DNA of 64,000 nt from Schmidtea polychroa. Taxonomy: Eukaryota. The notes beneath the pieces are model-generated. The model did not search any database. It was not told the DNA's origin and saw only the letters and a list, made by a program, of their open reading frames with translations. The position numbers and the translations under genes were made by a program. The stretch is taken from assembly GCA_044892525.1 (NCBI GenBank), contig CM097885.1, forward strand, positions 5,210,001 to 5,274,000, in the 5' to 3' direction. Below, piece after piece: positions 41,501 through 54,665 of the stretch. Position 1 is the stretch's first letter. Each line of letters opens with the position of its first letter.

Positions 41501-42150
41501 AATTCACTAATATCGGATCCTTTTGGGATAACCCTCTTAATCCAGAAACTACAAGATCCCTACTTTTAGGGCGACAAATGACACCAAAGGTTTCCGAGCC
41601 TCGTCGACAGAAATCTATCAATCCTGAAATTCAAGCTCTTTTCGAATCATTGGACAAATCAAACAATCAAGATAAAATTGACATGCAAAGGATGAATCAG
41701 AAAAAGTCTCCAAGTATTGACATGAATATGAGAAATCAAAAACTACATAACATGTCTATAGGAGAGAATCATTTGGTAAAAGTAAATGGAGACGGACTTG
41801 GTTCCATTGACAATTTGCATGACTCACGATTTCCTCAAAACCTAAAATTTCAAAAGTCATTTGACCTGAGTCCGTATGATGAGTTGGTAAAATCCCACCT
41901 GAATGCTTCTGACAGACGGATCAAATCAGTGGCTGCTAAGAACGGTTGTCGAATCGTAATTGACGGTCCGATCAGTCTTGTCGATCCAACTACCACCTGT
42001 CAAGCAATCAGAAACAAAATAGCCTATCGCTGTGCAGTTGGTGGCCCATCAAAAGACCGTCTGGATAAATGTTTAAACTATTTGAAGGAAACCTTTCCAA
42101 ATACTTGTTTGAGATTACACAGTAGAAACAATCTCGGAATCAAGAACTGA
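35520..42150 (+). CDS. two-exon gene (35520-36527, 40828-42150), ~775 aa, mostly low complexity with a possible KH-like C-terminal domain
   Basis: Two long ORFs with compatible phase-0 donor (GAG|GTTACT, or alternatively GAG|GTGAAC at 36506) and acceptor (CTGTAG|GAG). AATAAA near 42286. Joining them into one gene is inference. Confidence 0.6.
37550..38295 (-). pseudogene. element-borne ORF of unknown family (CxxC, coiled coil, basic tract, acidic tail); one frameshift near 38175
   Basis: MIPNTRPVLKPCFSCSDKN..ELEG/TWFSPAQMKE..EHC..NLFPVHH..RAERKKRQRER..FFDLDELLA; homologous to 51085-51827. Confidence 0.75.
39957..40698 (-). mobile_element. probable solo LTR
   Basis: Right end GCCCAACA, minus-strand CTATATAAGG near 40326-40335, T-rich block as in the other LTRs. 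Left boundary and TSD uncertain. Confidence 0.55.
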
Positions 42151-42717
42151 CCCCCAAGATAACATATGTAATGTACAGACCAATTTTACCATGTATTGTA
42201 TTGCTACACTGAAAACGTTCAATCAGAAATCAAACCTCGTGTCATTTTTGTTGAAAATATTTACAACAATCATTCTATTTTTCAAAATAAAAGCATTTTA
42301 AAATTGATTTCTTTGTGTAACTTTTTAAAATTTTAAAATTTAAACATTTTTTGTAACGATTATGAAGGAATTGTAATACAAGAACATTAACACTAAGTCA
42401 GGGTTGTCAACCTTTCGAAAATTTTTGACCCGGACATTTGAGTAAAAATATATTTTTGGAACACGAAAAAAAAATTATTGGAACACAAAATCAAGTTTTT
42501 ATTATTACAATTAAAATAACATACAAAATCGATTGCTTCTTAAAAAACAGGAAAATATTTTGTAAAGACAATGTAAATTTTTTCCAATTTCACCACTGAT
42601 TATTTTTTCCATTGAATTTATTACAAAGAGAATTTGAAGACTATAAATAAAGACTATATATCGATGTTTGTTGATACTCACGAATTTTCGGCACTGCCTT
42701 TCACTTGAAAAAGCTAC

Positions 42718-44108
42718 TAAGGCATCCAGTACCGGACCATTTTTACAGAACCGGGATTTCGGTACTGAATTTTTTTGGTGCCGGGATCCCGGTGCCAGCA
42801 AATTGATAGTCAATTTTTTGTTTATTTATTCATTTAGCTTCCGTCTTGAAATATTCTCTTAATAAGATCAAAATGTCTGTGCTTTTAACACTTAAAGATG
42901 ATTTGATTTTGGTCACCGTTTTTCCGCATCCTGAAAACACTCGTTCTGGTTCTATACGTGTAGGTGGTATTGAATTCAAATTTTCGTAACAGCTCTCAAG
43001 ATTAACTCCACGTTTACCTTCGACTTCGAAAATCGCCAATTCTTTTTTCACAATGTTTGTTACATCTATTGCTGTTCGTGATTTGGTAATTATTTTGGAC
43101 TTCATTTCCTTATCGATGGCTCTGGCGAGCTTCTCTTGCATGAACAACTGCGATTAGACTTCTCCTTCAGCTGCCTTACTGTCTGATTCGGATTCAAATG
43201 ACTCATTGTGATAAATTAGCTTTGTCAGACCAGTAACCATAGAAACAATAGTCGCTTTGTTTAGACGTTCAAAATTTAGGAGAGGATTTAACTCCAATTC
43301 AGCATAATTTTGGTTGCCTTAGTGCAGATATTGAAGCAAACTTGAAACTTTCGTTTGCCGTTGATTCGATCGACGTGACAGTGTTTCCCTCAGCCGAACG
43401 GCAAGTAACTGCTACCCAAATTATTTATCATGAATGAGATCGTTGTGTCAGCTGACAACAGTGTTGCGTCACGACGACAAAGTGCTTCGACAGCTAACCA
43501 GAATTACAACTTCACCACAATTCGATACTGATTCAAGTGTTGTTACTAAATTTTGAATCATGTTCAGTTTTTCTTCAAATGAAGTACTTGAACCAAAATC
43601 AATCAATGATTTTAAAATGCAGTTTTTAACTTTTTGGAAACTTTCCAGCATAGAAAGAAGAGTGTTCCATCGTATCTTTACATCAATCATCAACTGAATT
43701 TCTTAAATTAAATAATATTCTTCCTGTCAAATTGATTAAATTTTTACATACCCTTTCTCCAAACAATCAAAAGACAGGCAATTTAAACCATTAATAAAAT
43801 TGAATAAATTAATAAATATTAAACTTCACACTCTCATAAATGGTGAGTCATCCACTGATGCACACACCAACGTGTATTATAGAAACTTATATTTCGGATT
43901 TAGGTGTATTCAAGAGTATCCATGTCCATTTTTCACTCTCATGTCATTCATTTAGGAAGTTTCATTCTCATTTGCCGAAATCGAATTGGCTACGCATTAT
44001 GCAAATAAAATGAATTAAAAATTGGTACCAAATTCCGGTATTCTGATAATCTTAATCCCAGGATTTCGGTACCAAAGAAATTCCGGGATCCCGGGATTGA
44101 ATGCCTTA
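42718..44108 (-). mobile_element. internally deleted hAT transposon with transposase remnants
   Basis: TIRs TAAGGCATCCAGTACCGG and CCGGGATTGAATGCCTTA, subterminal CCGGGAT repeats, TSD AAAGCTAC/GATGCTAC. Peptides IDVKIRWNTLLSMLE and SIPPTRIEPERVFS. Confidence 0.9.
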
Positions 44109-44991
44109 GATGCTACTGTTATTGATTTTCTTTCAAGGTATGCATGTCCAAATAATATAATTTTTTTAATAAATGCATTTCAAAATCAACTAAAAATCCA
44201 CTTGGATATACTCAACAATGCTGAGATGAATTACGAGTTAAAACAGATATTTTTAGTAAAGAGGGAGTCATAGTTTATAAACAAAGCTGAAATAAACTAA
44301 ATAATTAGTCATGTTTCTAAAAACTGGTGTTGAACCAAATTTGACAAAATTCATGTCAAACCCCAAATTGAGAAAACTTAAAAGAATATTGAAAAAGAAA
44401 AAACCAATTCCACCAAATACCAGTTATACAACTTCGAAAAGCTTATTATCAAAGACTTTCCACCCTCAAATCTCATTTCACTTCATTTAAAACCAAAATC
44501 GGTCAAAAAATATGTCAAATTTGTGAAAAAGATCAAACATCATTGAAAATTTTAATTTTTAACTGCATTGCTAAAGGCACCAAGCATAAAAAGAATGTAC
44601 AATCATTCATAAATTTTGCTATTGATGATTTGCTAGATATTTCAGTTAATGTTTTTCAAAGGAAAAATTATAATCAGTAAATCTAAAAAAGTTGTGTTGA
44701 AAAAGCACAATAAACCTCATAAATTTGAAAAATCGGTGTTTTGTTCTGTTAGTTGTTGTCGCGTCTGTGTGCGCGTTGCTGAAGTTTTGACTGGTTGGGT
44801 GCTGTGTGCGCATACAGACGTAAGGTTCTCGAAATTAAATCGATTCTTCTGGAATTTTTATTTTAGTGTTTGGAGTTTTCGAGTTTTGTCTTGTTCAAGT
44901 GGATTTATGGTCAATTCAAACTGTGGTATAATAAACGTCTTTTATTCGTTTGAATTAGGTTCTTTTTAATTCAAATTTTTGGTAACAAAAT

Positions 44992-45090
44992 TTGGAAAAA
45001 GATATTACTGTCCCAGTAATTGATAGTGGATTGGGAATTTGCAAAGCTGATCGAGTTAGAATGACAATTTATCATGTTTTTCGGAGTACT
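44992..45090 (+). pseudogene. actin N-terminal fragment
   Basis: EKDITVPVIDSGLGICKA resembles actin DDDIAALVVDNGSGMCKA. Confidence 0.5.
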
Positions 45091-45374
45091 ATGGTGTACA
45101 TTCAAAGCCAACATCATCATTATAAAATGCTCTCATATTTATTTGCAATTACTCAGAGATATCTTTGCGAACGGATTGGAAGAATCTTCGATGATAATTT
45201 ATCTATCGGAAAATGATGAAAAATATTTTATAAAAAAGAAAAAGGGTTTATCACTGCATCGGTAGTATTGACATTTTTATTGCTTTGCAGAGCTGGATTA
45301 TTAGGAGCACCAAGATAATAAACGATATGTCAATAATTTCCTAATTTTAATTTAAATTTCAAACCTTCTTGTTG

Positions 45375-45670
45375 TAATTAAGAAGATATGTACAAATCCA
45401 AAAGATGAATCCGGTTTCGGTGGAGTCGAAAAACTAAAGAAAAGATTTGCATAAAAAGAGACACAAAAGTGGTTATCGGAACAGCCAGCATGCAATTTAA
45501 ATAAACCAATGTTAAAACGATTTCCAAAAAGAACATATAAGACCTTCGTTATTGATGATTTGTGACAAAATAATTTGATGAAAATTATTCCATATTCGAA
45601 AATAAAGAAGAGGTACAAATATATTTTGACATGTTTAAATGTTTTAAGTTGATATCCACGAGGTATTCAT
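45375..45670 (+). mobile_element. decayed Maverick/Polinton-type integrase fragment
   Basis: TNPKDESGFGGVEKL..QKWLSEQPA.NLNKP..KRFPKR....IDDL*Q..KYILTC, with stops and frameshifts. Confidence 0.7.
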
Positions 45671-46560
45671 CCATAATAAAAAATGTAAATGTATATGCAA
45701 GCAATTTTCAGCCTTTAAAATATTATTAAAACTACGATATTATTTTTATCTTTTAATATATTAATATATTTTTTGCACTCCATTCATTGGGATATTTTTG
45801 TAGATTACAAAAAATATCAGATAAATATCATTATTATATTACAAATGGTTTAACAAATAAAAGATTTGGGGTACAAATGCACCCCACTTAGGTGCGTGAA
45901 AATTAAAGTGCTCATCGTTCAGTATTACATTAAAATCTATTGAAAAAGCAAGAAGATTAGGTTTTCCTAATTTAATTAATTTCAAATCTTAATTTAATTT
46001 AAAAACCAATATTTATAATATGTTTGTTTATCTACATCAAAAAACATATTTAAAATATTGAAATTTCAAAAGTAAGAGGAAATAATTATTATTTATAATG
46101 ATGATTTATGAATGTTGAAAAACTTTGAAATATTTTAATAATTTCACAATAAAATATTTAATTGATTTATTTTCATAATTATTGATTTGAAACTTATTCG
46201 AATATGACAAAATATTTCAATTTTTAACAATTTCACAGATATTAATATTTTATTTATTTATTTATTTTACTACAAATTTTCACTTTCCCGATAATCCAAT
46301 TGTGGATCACTCCCAATATTTATAACCATAACGAGATCATTAGATCAAAGGCCAAAACCCCACAATTCCTGAATACTAATAACCCGTTTAGCGTTACCCA
46401 GTAAAATTTTATTCAAATCTTTGTTTATCTACATCAAAATACAAATTATAAATATTGAAATTGTAAACGTCAGAGGAAATAATTAATATAATAAGTATGA
46501 TTTATGATTTATGTTGTAAAATGTTGAAATATTTTGATAATTTTGTTAATTTTAGATAAA

Positions 46561-47991
46561 ATGTTTGCAAGCGTATGGGAAATGATGAAGAGGAATAAAT
46601 TTGAATTTGATAATGAAATCAGCAGTGAATTGATGTGCAGAATTTGCAAATGTTTAATGATAAAAGCTTGCCATGCTCCTTGCGGGTGTCGCTTTTGCTC
46701 TGATTGCATTGAGCATTATTTGGTTGGAAAAGATAAATTCTGTCCAGGAGCAGCAAAACATTGTGGAAAAAAAATGATAAATTTCAATAAGGATGTTTCT
46801 GAAGATCATGCGATCAATCTAAGGATTTCAGAAGTAATAGTGAAATGCCCAATGAAAAATTGTGAATTCAAAGATGAATTAGAGGTGATGGAGAGCCACA
46901 TGAGAGCATGCAACAAGCAGCCAATCAGGTGCCCGTTCAATAGGATTGGATGCGAAATGAATGATGTAGAGAAGGACGAAATGAAAGTCCATCTTAATGA
47001 GAACAATGATGGCCATAGCAAATTACTGATTGATCAAATCAGCAATTTGTGCAATGAGATGCAGGCAATGAGTGAGGAGAATGCCAAATTGCGGAAGGAA
47101 ATTATCAATATCAATGTAAAATTTTATTTATAATTAATTTAATTGATATTTGTGATTGTAGGTGAAATTGTGCAATATTGAAAGGAAAGAGGCGGAGAAC
47201 AGAGCAGAAATAGAAGAACTGAATGAGGAAATGGTGGCAGTGAAGAATGAGAATCGCTCATTGAGAATGGAGATGGAGACAAATATTGGATCGATCAATC
47301 TAGTTTGATTATTGATTTGATTTGTTATTGAATTTTTATTGATGCAAAGCAGATCAGACAGCAAATTGAGGTGATTGAATCAAATTGTCAACAGCAAATT
47401 GATGAGATGAAAGAGAATTGCGAGCAGCGGCTGCAACTGGAGAATGAAAAGGTGATTTATTGATTTATTGAAATACTTGAATTTGAGATTCAGTTGCAGC
47501 TTGAAATGGCGAAATGCGCCAATGAAATTCGGCTGATTGAAATAAAATTAGGAAATGAAGATTTTATAAATAACGGATTTTTTGAATGGGAAATTGATAA
47601 ATTATCACAACAAGAGAGAAATGAATGGATTTACAGCAAGGTATTTTATTCCGGGACAATCGGTTACAAAATGTGCTTGGCGGTGAAGTTTTGGCCAGGA
47701 GATGTAATTGGTGTTTGTTTTCAATTGGTGCGCGGAGAATTCGATGCTAAATTAGCATGGCCATTCAAATTTTGTGTGACAATTAATTTGATTGATCCAG
47801 GAAATGGAAACTGTTTTTTCAGTAGATTTAAAAAATATTCAGATAGTCCTAATGACCCCCGATGGAGTAAACCATCAAATGACAGAAATGATCCAATTTG
47901 CATTTATGATGATATCTCAATCAATTCAGCTGCTGCCAAAAATGATAAGTTGGTGCTCAAATGTAAAATTGAAAAGTTTAGAGACATTTAA
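46561..47991 (+). CDS. TRAF-family protein (RING, TRAF zinc finger, coiled coil, MATH); exons 46561-47115, 47162-47302, 47353-47451, 47494-47991
   Basis: CRIC..CGCRFCSDC..CP, CPMKNC..HMRAC, CPFNRIGC, FYSGTIGYKMCL, GEFDAKLAWPF. Three 42-50 nt phase-0 GT-AG introns. Start may instead be 46582. Confidence 0.93.
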
Positions 47992-48578
47992 ACAAATATT
48001 TGAATAAAAAATTAATTTATTTGTGCTATTAATTTGTTTTTATTATTTGCCTTATGTTGCTGGATAAACTTGTCTCAGTTCAGATGTTAAATTTATCATT
48101 TATTTATATTAATAAATTTTACTTATAAATTGCGCTGAATAAATTTGATTGGATAATTGATAAAATTATCAAATTTGTGAAACTACTCAATGTGAAATAA
48201 GAATTGCAACCGGTGCCATGTACAGTTATGCAAATTAGATGTAATCAATGCAGTGCTATTTTGGGTTTATTGTATTAATGGTGTAGCAGCCAATTATATT
48301 GTAAATTTCCACTTGACATTTATGATCAACGTTCTGATTGGGTTATTCAATTGTAGGATCTATTCAACAAGGAATAAGTTTACTGATGCATGGCTGATCC
48401 ATATTGTTGATTAGATGCCATTGCCGGTTATGAACTGATTGGAGCATTATTGATGCTATGGAATAGTTGTAAACGCATTTAATATTAATATCAAATTGAA
48501 TTATTTAATGAATATTGTGGAAAATTTAATGATATATTTTAATGCAAATTACCCACTGCTCAATTTAGCAATTCCAAT

Positions 48579-48779
48579 CAAGGACGTAGCTAGGGACATA
48601 CGGGGCATTTGCTCACGCCCCAAAAAATTATAGATTTTCAAATATAAATTAAGGTACCAAAAAGTTGAAGAAATTAAAATTAAATCGACTTCTGCTGTAG
48701 ATACATTAGCAATATGTGATCCAATTTCAAATATTTTTGACCCCCCCCCCCCCAAGTTGAAATCCTGGCTACATTCCTG
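48579..48779. mobile_element. small hAT-like MITE
   Basis: Ends CAAGGACGTAGCTAGG and CCTGGCTACATTCCTG. Confidence 0.5.
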
Positions 48780-48886
48780 CCTGAAGTCATATTTAAAAAA
48801 TACCATGAATAAAAAAGTTTTGGCTTTGTTATATATTCAAGACATTAAAATAAGTCCAGATGAAATAATTTCTGAATTAATGAAGG

Positions 48887-49837
48887 TGTTGGGTTTTATG
48901 ATATCAAAATCAACCGTTGGTTACTCTGACTCCACGTGTTCCAAAATCAATAAACACAAACTCCCAACGTATATTTGTTTTATAGCAATTCATATCTCTC
49001 AAGAATTAATCACACTGTTGGTTAAACACAATTCTCACACAATTTCAGATCGGACTCCGCTCTGAAGGTCTCAACCTTGTACGATTTAAAATTAAGTTTC
49101 ACCTTTTGCTTGATTCCGCTCTCTGATTCGAACTCTTTTAATATTCCATTCCGACTCCTCGATTCCTCTTATAATTATTTTCTTCTTTTATTTTATTCCT
49201 CGAAATCCTAGCGTCCATTTCTTCTTCCCTACAGGCTACCGCCGATTATGTGAATTTTGAGTTTCCTTATATAGTCCCATAACCGTTATAATTGCCCCAT
49301 TTTTTACCTAATTGGTTTTGACTTCTTTAGTTATCATTCCCTAATTGGCTATTTCTGTTGAACCTCTTCGTAATTCCCCTTCTTTTGTTTACCCTCGTTT
49401 ATCCGGTTGTTCGGATAATTGCCCTCTGAATTCCTCGTTTGTTTACCCTTCCAAATTGCCGTGCTCGGGTTTTCTTCATCGCTCGGGTTTTCCATTAGCC
49501 AATTAATTAATTAATTAATATTTTAAGTTTTTCCACATTTGTCTGTTTTACGACCCTTTCTACACATTTTCTAACAATTTCTTGCTCACTGTCTTCTTCA
49601 CCATCCCCTAATCTACCCCTCTCCCGTTTTCCAGCTTCAATTTCGATAACTTTTCACTTTACTCCACTTCCTCAGTTTTGCGCTTTTTTCCATTTCATGT
49701 CTGATTGTACCCTTTTATAGTTCTATTTTTATCATATCTTTCTTTGCCATTGCTTCTCTGCTTGACCGCCATTCAATTTCAGCCTTCCTTTTAATCTGAA
49801 CTATATAATTTAATAATTTACTTTTAAAACCTCAACA
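48887..49837 (-). mobile_element. solo LTR (951 bp) inserted in a hAT transposase C-terminal remnant
   Basis: TGTTGGG...CCTCAACA with perfect TSD AAGG; minus-strand CTATATAAGG. The flanks join to LALLYIQDIKISPDEIISELMK/GQRRINI. Confidence 0.88.
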
Positions 49838-50207
49838 AAGGGACAAAGGCGAATTAATATTATATTGTAATATATTCTATGTAATATACATTTTTAATAA
49901 TTAATAATAAATTTGTTGATTATCTTAAAATATTTTCTATTTTTCGGTGTCAACTTTTAACATTGCTCAATGAATTACAATAATTCTGCCCCCCCCCCCT
50001 CAAGCTGAAATACTGTCTAAGTTCCTGCTTCCAGTTATTTTTATCAGAAAAGGATTTAAAGACTTTCAGGGAATTTTTACAAGTTTTGATAATATGTTTG
50101 ATAATAGTTTTTAATGATATTGAGGAATTTTGATTCATTATTTATCTGTAAATTAAATGTTATAATAAAATAGATATTAACTTTATTCATGTCTTTCAAT
50201 ATTTTAG

Positions 50208-52300
50208 TGTTGGGCTAAATCTCGAAGATTTAAATGTTGATTAAAGTTGAATGAGAGAGGGAACCACATAAAAATAAAATAAATAAGTAAAGGTAACCCT
50301 AACCAAAATCTAAGCAACATAACGATAAACCAAAGAAATCGAAATAAATAATAAAATAATAAAAATCACTAGAAGAAGGAATAATTATAGGAAATAAGGT
50401 ACCCGTAATTAGCGACCCGTAACAACATAGGAAATCACAGGGAACACTCTGACCGCATGGTACCATCGATTCTAACTATACCCAAAATTTCACTGTAAAT
50501 CTTAATAATAATATGATCAACTTTCTGTATCTCTTCGGCGCAACAAATTACGCCTCCTAATATCGAGAAAGTAAAATTATAAATTATTAAATGGGTTATT
50601 ATTTGTTTTCCGACTTTATCTATTTTGTCTCGGTCAAATCCCACCCAATCCCTCCTTTATTCAGTCGACAAGGAAAGAAATTACATTATATTACGGAGTT
50701 AAGACGTATCTCATAACCCTAGTACGACTCCTGTATGGGTATAATTGAGGAGCGGAGGAATCACTGAACCAATTCTCAATGAATGAGAATAGATGGGATA
50801 CGGGTGCTAGCAAATGGGTATTTGTAATTTTCCCCCACTAATCCCGATTTGAAATTAATTCCAGACCGATTGTTAGACTACGAGATGTCTGCAGGAAAAC
50901 GCCCAGAATGAATGTGATTTTTGCGTGACGGCTCTATGTAATAGTTCCCTGAGAGATTTGCAACATTTCTTTTCGCTTAAAGCTGAAAAACTACTAACGC
51001 AATTTCATGAATATATCTGACCTCACTCGTATGCCTGAATATTCATTACCGACTGTGATGGGGAATTTTCTTTTATTTGTAGGGATGTCAGTACCCAGCA
51101 CTCCCAGTAAAGAACTCCAACCCTGCTTTTCTTGTGCCGACAAGAATGAGGATATCAGGAAGTTACACGCGTATATCGGGGCTCTCAAAAAACGTATCGA
51201 TACGTATGAAGGCACGTGGTTCTCCCCGTCACCGATGAAGGAAGAGTGGACAAAGATCCTAAGATTGGAGCACTGCCTTCTGGAGGAAAGCAGGTGCCTG
51301 CGGCTGACAATTAAAGCCCAAGGTGTACACGGAGGCCGAAATTCTAAAACGAGTTCGAGAATATCCGATCCGGGATGGAACTAACGTGTTCCCGATTCAT
51401 CACCAAGCCAATGGAGAGTCACTAACATCGACTAGTTGCGCAGGACAGGGGCCTCAACTGCCGCCCCTTCCCGAACCTGTCCTGTCGAGCTCCATGCATA
51501 CTTCCAGCGTTCCACCCATCTATATCCCGAGTGCAACTCTTCCTCTGTCGAATCTGCAATCCACCACTGCGAACACGTCGGCTCCACGAAAGCGAAAACG
51601 GCCAACGCGATCCAAAAAGAATTAGAAGCGCCGAGACGCCATCTCTGTCGACTGCTCAGTCGACCATCAAGGAAATCTCTCAAACTCATTCCCTGCCAAC
51701 GAAGGAGATATTCCGCCTTGTTCCACCAGAGGGGACGAGATTCCTGGAGGATCGCCAACTTTCCGTGGATATCGATGCTATGTTGGCCGAAAGGGAAGTT
51801 TTCCCAGAACCACGATTCACGTTGTAAATACCCAATTTCAGTCAACCATTTGTGAACTCTCGTCCAATTATAATTGTGTTTTCTGTTTAATACATTGAGT
51901 AGGATCGAGTTGAGTGTGTCATTGTTCTAAGTTAATTACAATAAAGTTTTAAGTGTGTTTAATTGAGGCTACGGTTTGATGTAAGTTTGGCGCGCGATTA
52001 CCGAGAGGTGCAATCATTAGCGAGGTCATCCCCTTGGACCAGGGTCGTATCGATGGTATGCTTGAACCAGGGTAGGTCCTTCTACGGTACCGTTGAACCC
52101 GAACGGCGAGTTTACTAAGAGTAGTTCTAAGGTAGGAGCTCACCTGTTGGTAAATTCCGACCTATGTGCGCAGTAGTAACGTGTTACATCACCACGGGCA
52201 CACATAAGGGAGATTAGTTACGTATCATCTTGGACACCCAGGGAACTACATGCTGAGCAGATGGGGATAGATTTACCTTATTTTTTCCGGGTATCCAACA
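50208..52300 (+). mobile_element. 2093-bp LTR-like insertion carrying an internal ORF
   Basis: TGTTGG...CCAACA with perfect 4-bp TSD TTAG; no gag, pol or transposase motifs seen inside. Confidence 0.85.
51085..51827 (+). pseudogene. LTR-borne ORF of unknown family, two frameshifts
   Basis: MSVPSTPSKELQPCFSCADKN..YEGTWFSPSPMKE..EHC../..NVFPIHH..PRKRKRPTRSKK/..VDIDAMLAERE. Confidence 0.75.
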
Positions 52301-53999
52301 TTAGGAATATTATTGTGAGTCATTAAACTTTTTCCGCATTTAGAATGTAATTATCACATGCATGAGAAAATTTATTTTCAGTAATAAATCAACCTAAAAA
52401 TGTAAAAAGAATATTCTCTTCATCGTTTACTTTTCCTCCTCTAAAAGTATTTCTGTTCCTGGATTCTTCTATTTAGAAGTATTTCCACCTTTTGAATAAA
52501 TTTATGTTTAAATGAGTAAAAGTAAAAATAAATGACCAACAACTCCATAATTGAACATAGAAACACAACTAATCATATCAATAGGACAGAAACCTCGGAA
52601 TCTCACTCTATCTCATCCAGTACCCAACACAACGCGTATGATAAAAAATAAATTGTAAAAAAAATGTAATGAGCCTGCTGTACCAAATGGATATTTTGTC
52701 AAACTTCCTCGCTAAAAATGTTTTCTTTTTGATGTCAGAAATTTCGATCGATTTAAAATTTTTATAGGTCATTCGATTAACAAACAGTTCTTCAACAGAA
52801 TTCATGAAACTCCTTCCCAGAAAAAAATCAATAGCGTTAATTTTTATAATTTTTCAAAATTCTTCTAGGCCGGTTTCAAAATTTTATAGCTCATTCGATT
52901 CGCAACAGCTTCTTATCGGTTTTGAATGATAATTTTATAATTCTTAATTTGAAAAATCTTTCTAAAAAGTTAAATAAAAAATATTTCACTTTACAATTTA
53001 ATACATTTAAAACAACAACAATCCACATCCCGACACAATATACCATCCAAACTATTATAAAATATTCAAAACACAAGCGTTCACATTTTGCACATTATTT
53101 TTCAAATCCAATGACATCCGTAACATTGGTGAAATATTACAGAAAATTTGTGAATGGATTTTTAGTGAACAGCTCATATAAAGATCCTATAATGCAAAAA
53201 TAGGTTTATTTAGTACTATGACATTTGGTAAAATGACTACGAGAGATTCATCTAAGCGTATAACTTCTGTAATTTTCGTGCAAATTATAGAAAAGAAAAC
53301 TTATTCATAAAAGTTAAGATTAGAAATTCATTACCAAACAATTTGCTCAACCCTACTCAATCAAATGCACTGTTTGGGAATCTTGTCAACCCAATATCAC
53401 AAATATTGAAAACAGGTGACGTTAGAGCTATCGCGGCTAAAACATTTATTAAGTCATCAACAATTGGACAAATTCAACATCTACTGAGCATACAAAATCT
53501 GTAGATTCCAAACCTCTAATTTCTTATCTTGCCAATTTTTAAAGCTTGGGAAAATGTCTGATGACAATGTGCATATTTCCATTTAATCTCCTGTGTTTTA
53601 AGGAGTGCCATGTATCACAATGTGCATTTCGTATATTTTCCAAAATTCTGTAATGTTTGAAAAGAGCCAGAAAAAGAATAAAGATGGCAAAATTTATTTA
53701 AATATGGTGAATAAAATTTAATTTATTTGTTTCATTATGGATGGGCTTTTCCATAATCGACTGGATCAGGGCTAATTGTTCTAAGTCGGCCAACACTGCA
53801 AGTAAAACATATTATCCTCTAGTACTTTCATCATAATGAGCACAATTTCTTTCTAATTGTAAATCTCTGTGATTATTGCTGGTTAGATAATCCAATGTTC
53901 ATCAAAAATCCTCTATTAAAACTTTGCGTCAGTCGTACTATCTCACCTTTGGTATCAAATAAATTAAAAATTTCAATTGATTCATTGCATGCAATCTTG

Positions 54000-54450
54000 C
54001 ATTTTTTTAAATAAATAATTCCCACTGTTTTTATTTCATCCCGGAAGTGCAAGTTTTCAAACACCTCAAAACATGCGTTTACTGCCGCTTCTAGCTCATT
54101 GTTGAACGAAAATATTAGTTGCCCATTAAACCTTTCTTTTTAAGTTCGAAAACAAACAAAACTCCAATGGTAGCAAATCATGTAGAAAGGATGAGCATGT
54201 TAGGAAATCATATTTATGGTCTTGCAATAATGCTTGTACACGGGTATACATTATCCCGATAAAAAATTATGTTTTCCACGATTATTTTAAATTCCCTTGG
54301 TACAGAAGTTTAATACTCGATTTTTTTCGTGCACTTTATCGATGATTTCTGATATCATAAACGTTTTAGGATAGCCATTTCTGGGATCATCTTCTAAACT
54401 CTCATATAAATTTTTCATACCTTTTATTTACAGTTATAAACGAAAGTGTT
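54000..54450 (-). mobile_element. decayed mariner transposase remnant
   Basis: Broken frames give DNVYP, DLLPLEFCLFSNLK and ELEAAVNACFE..HFRDEIK, resembling HDNARPH / DLAPSDFHLF. Confidence 0.55.
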
Positions 54451-54665
54451 AAATTTCCACCGTTGAAATTTAATGGAAAATATTACAAGGACGATTTCCA
54501 AAATGAACTCTTTCAATTAATAATTTATGACAAACTATTTGTTAAAATGATATGAAATTCGGCAATTATTTAAAATTCAGATGTGCAAATATAACGCGAT
54601 AAAACCTTGAGATATACTACTGACATTCAATGATGATAAAATAATTATCAGTTAGTAGTAGGTAG

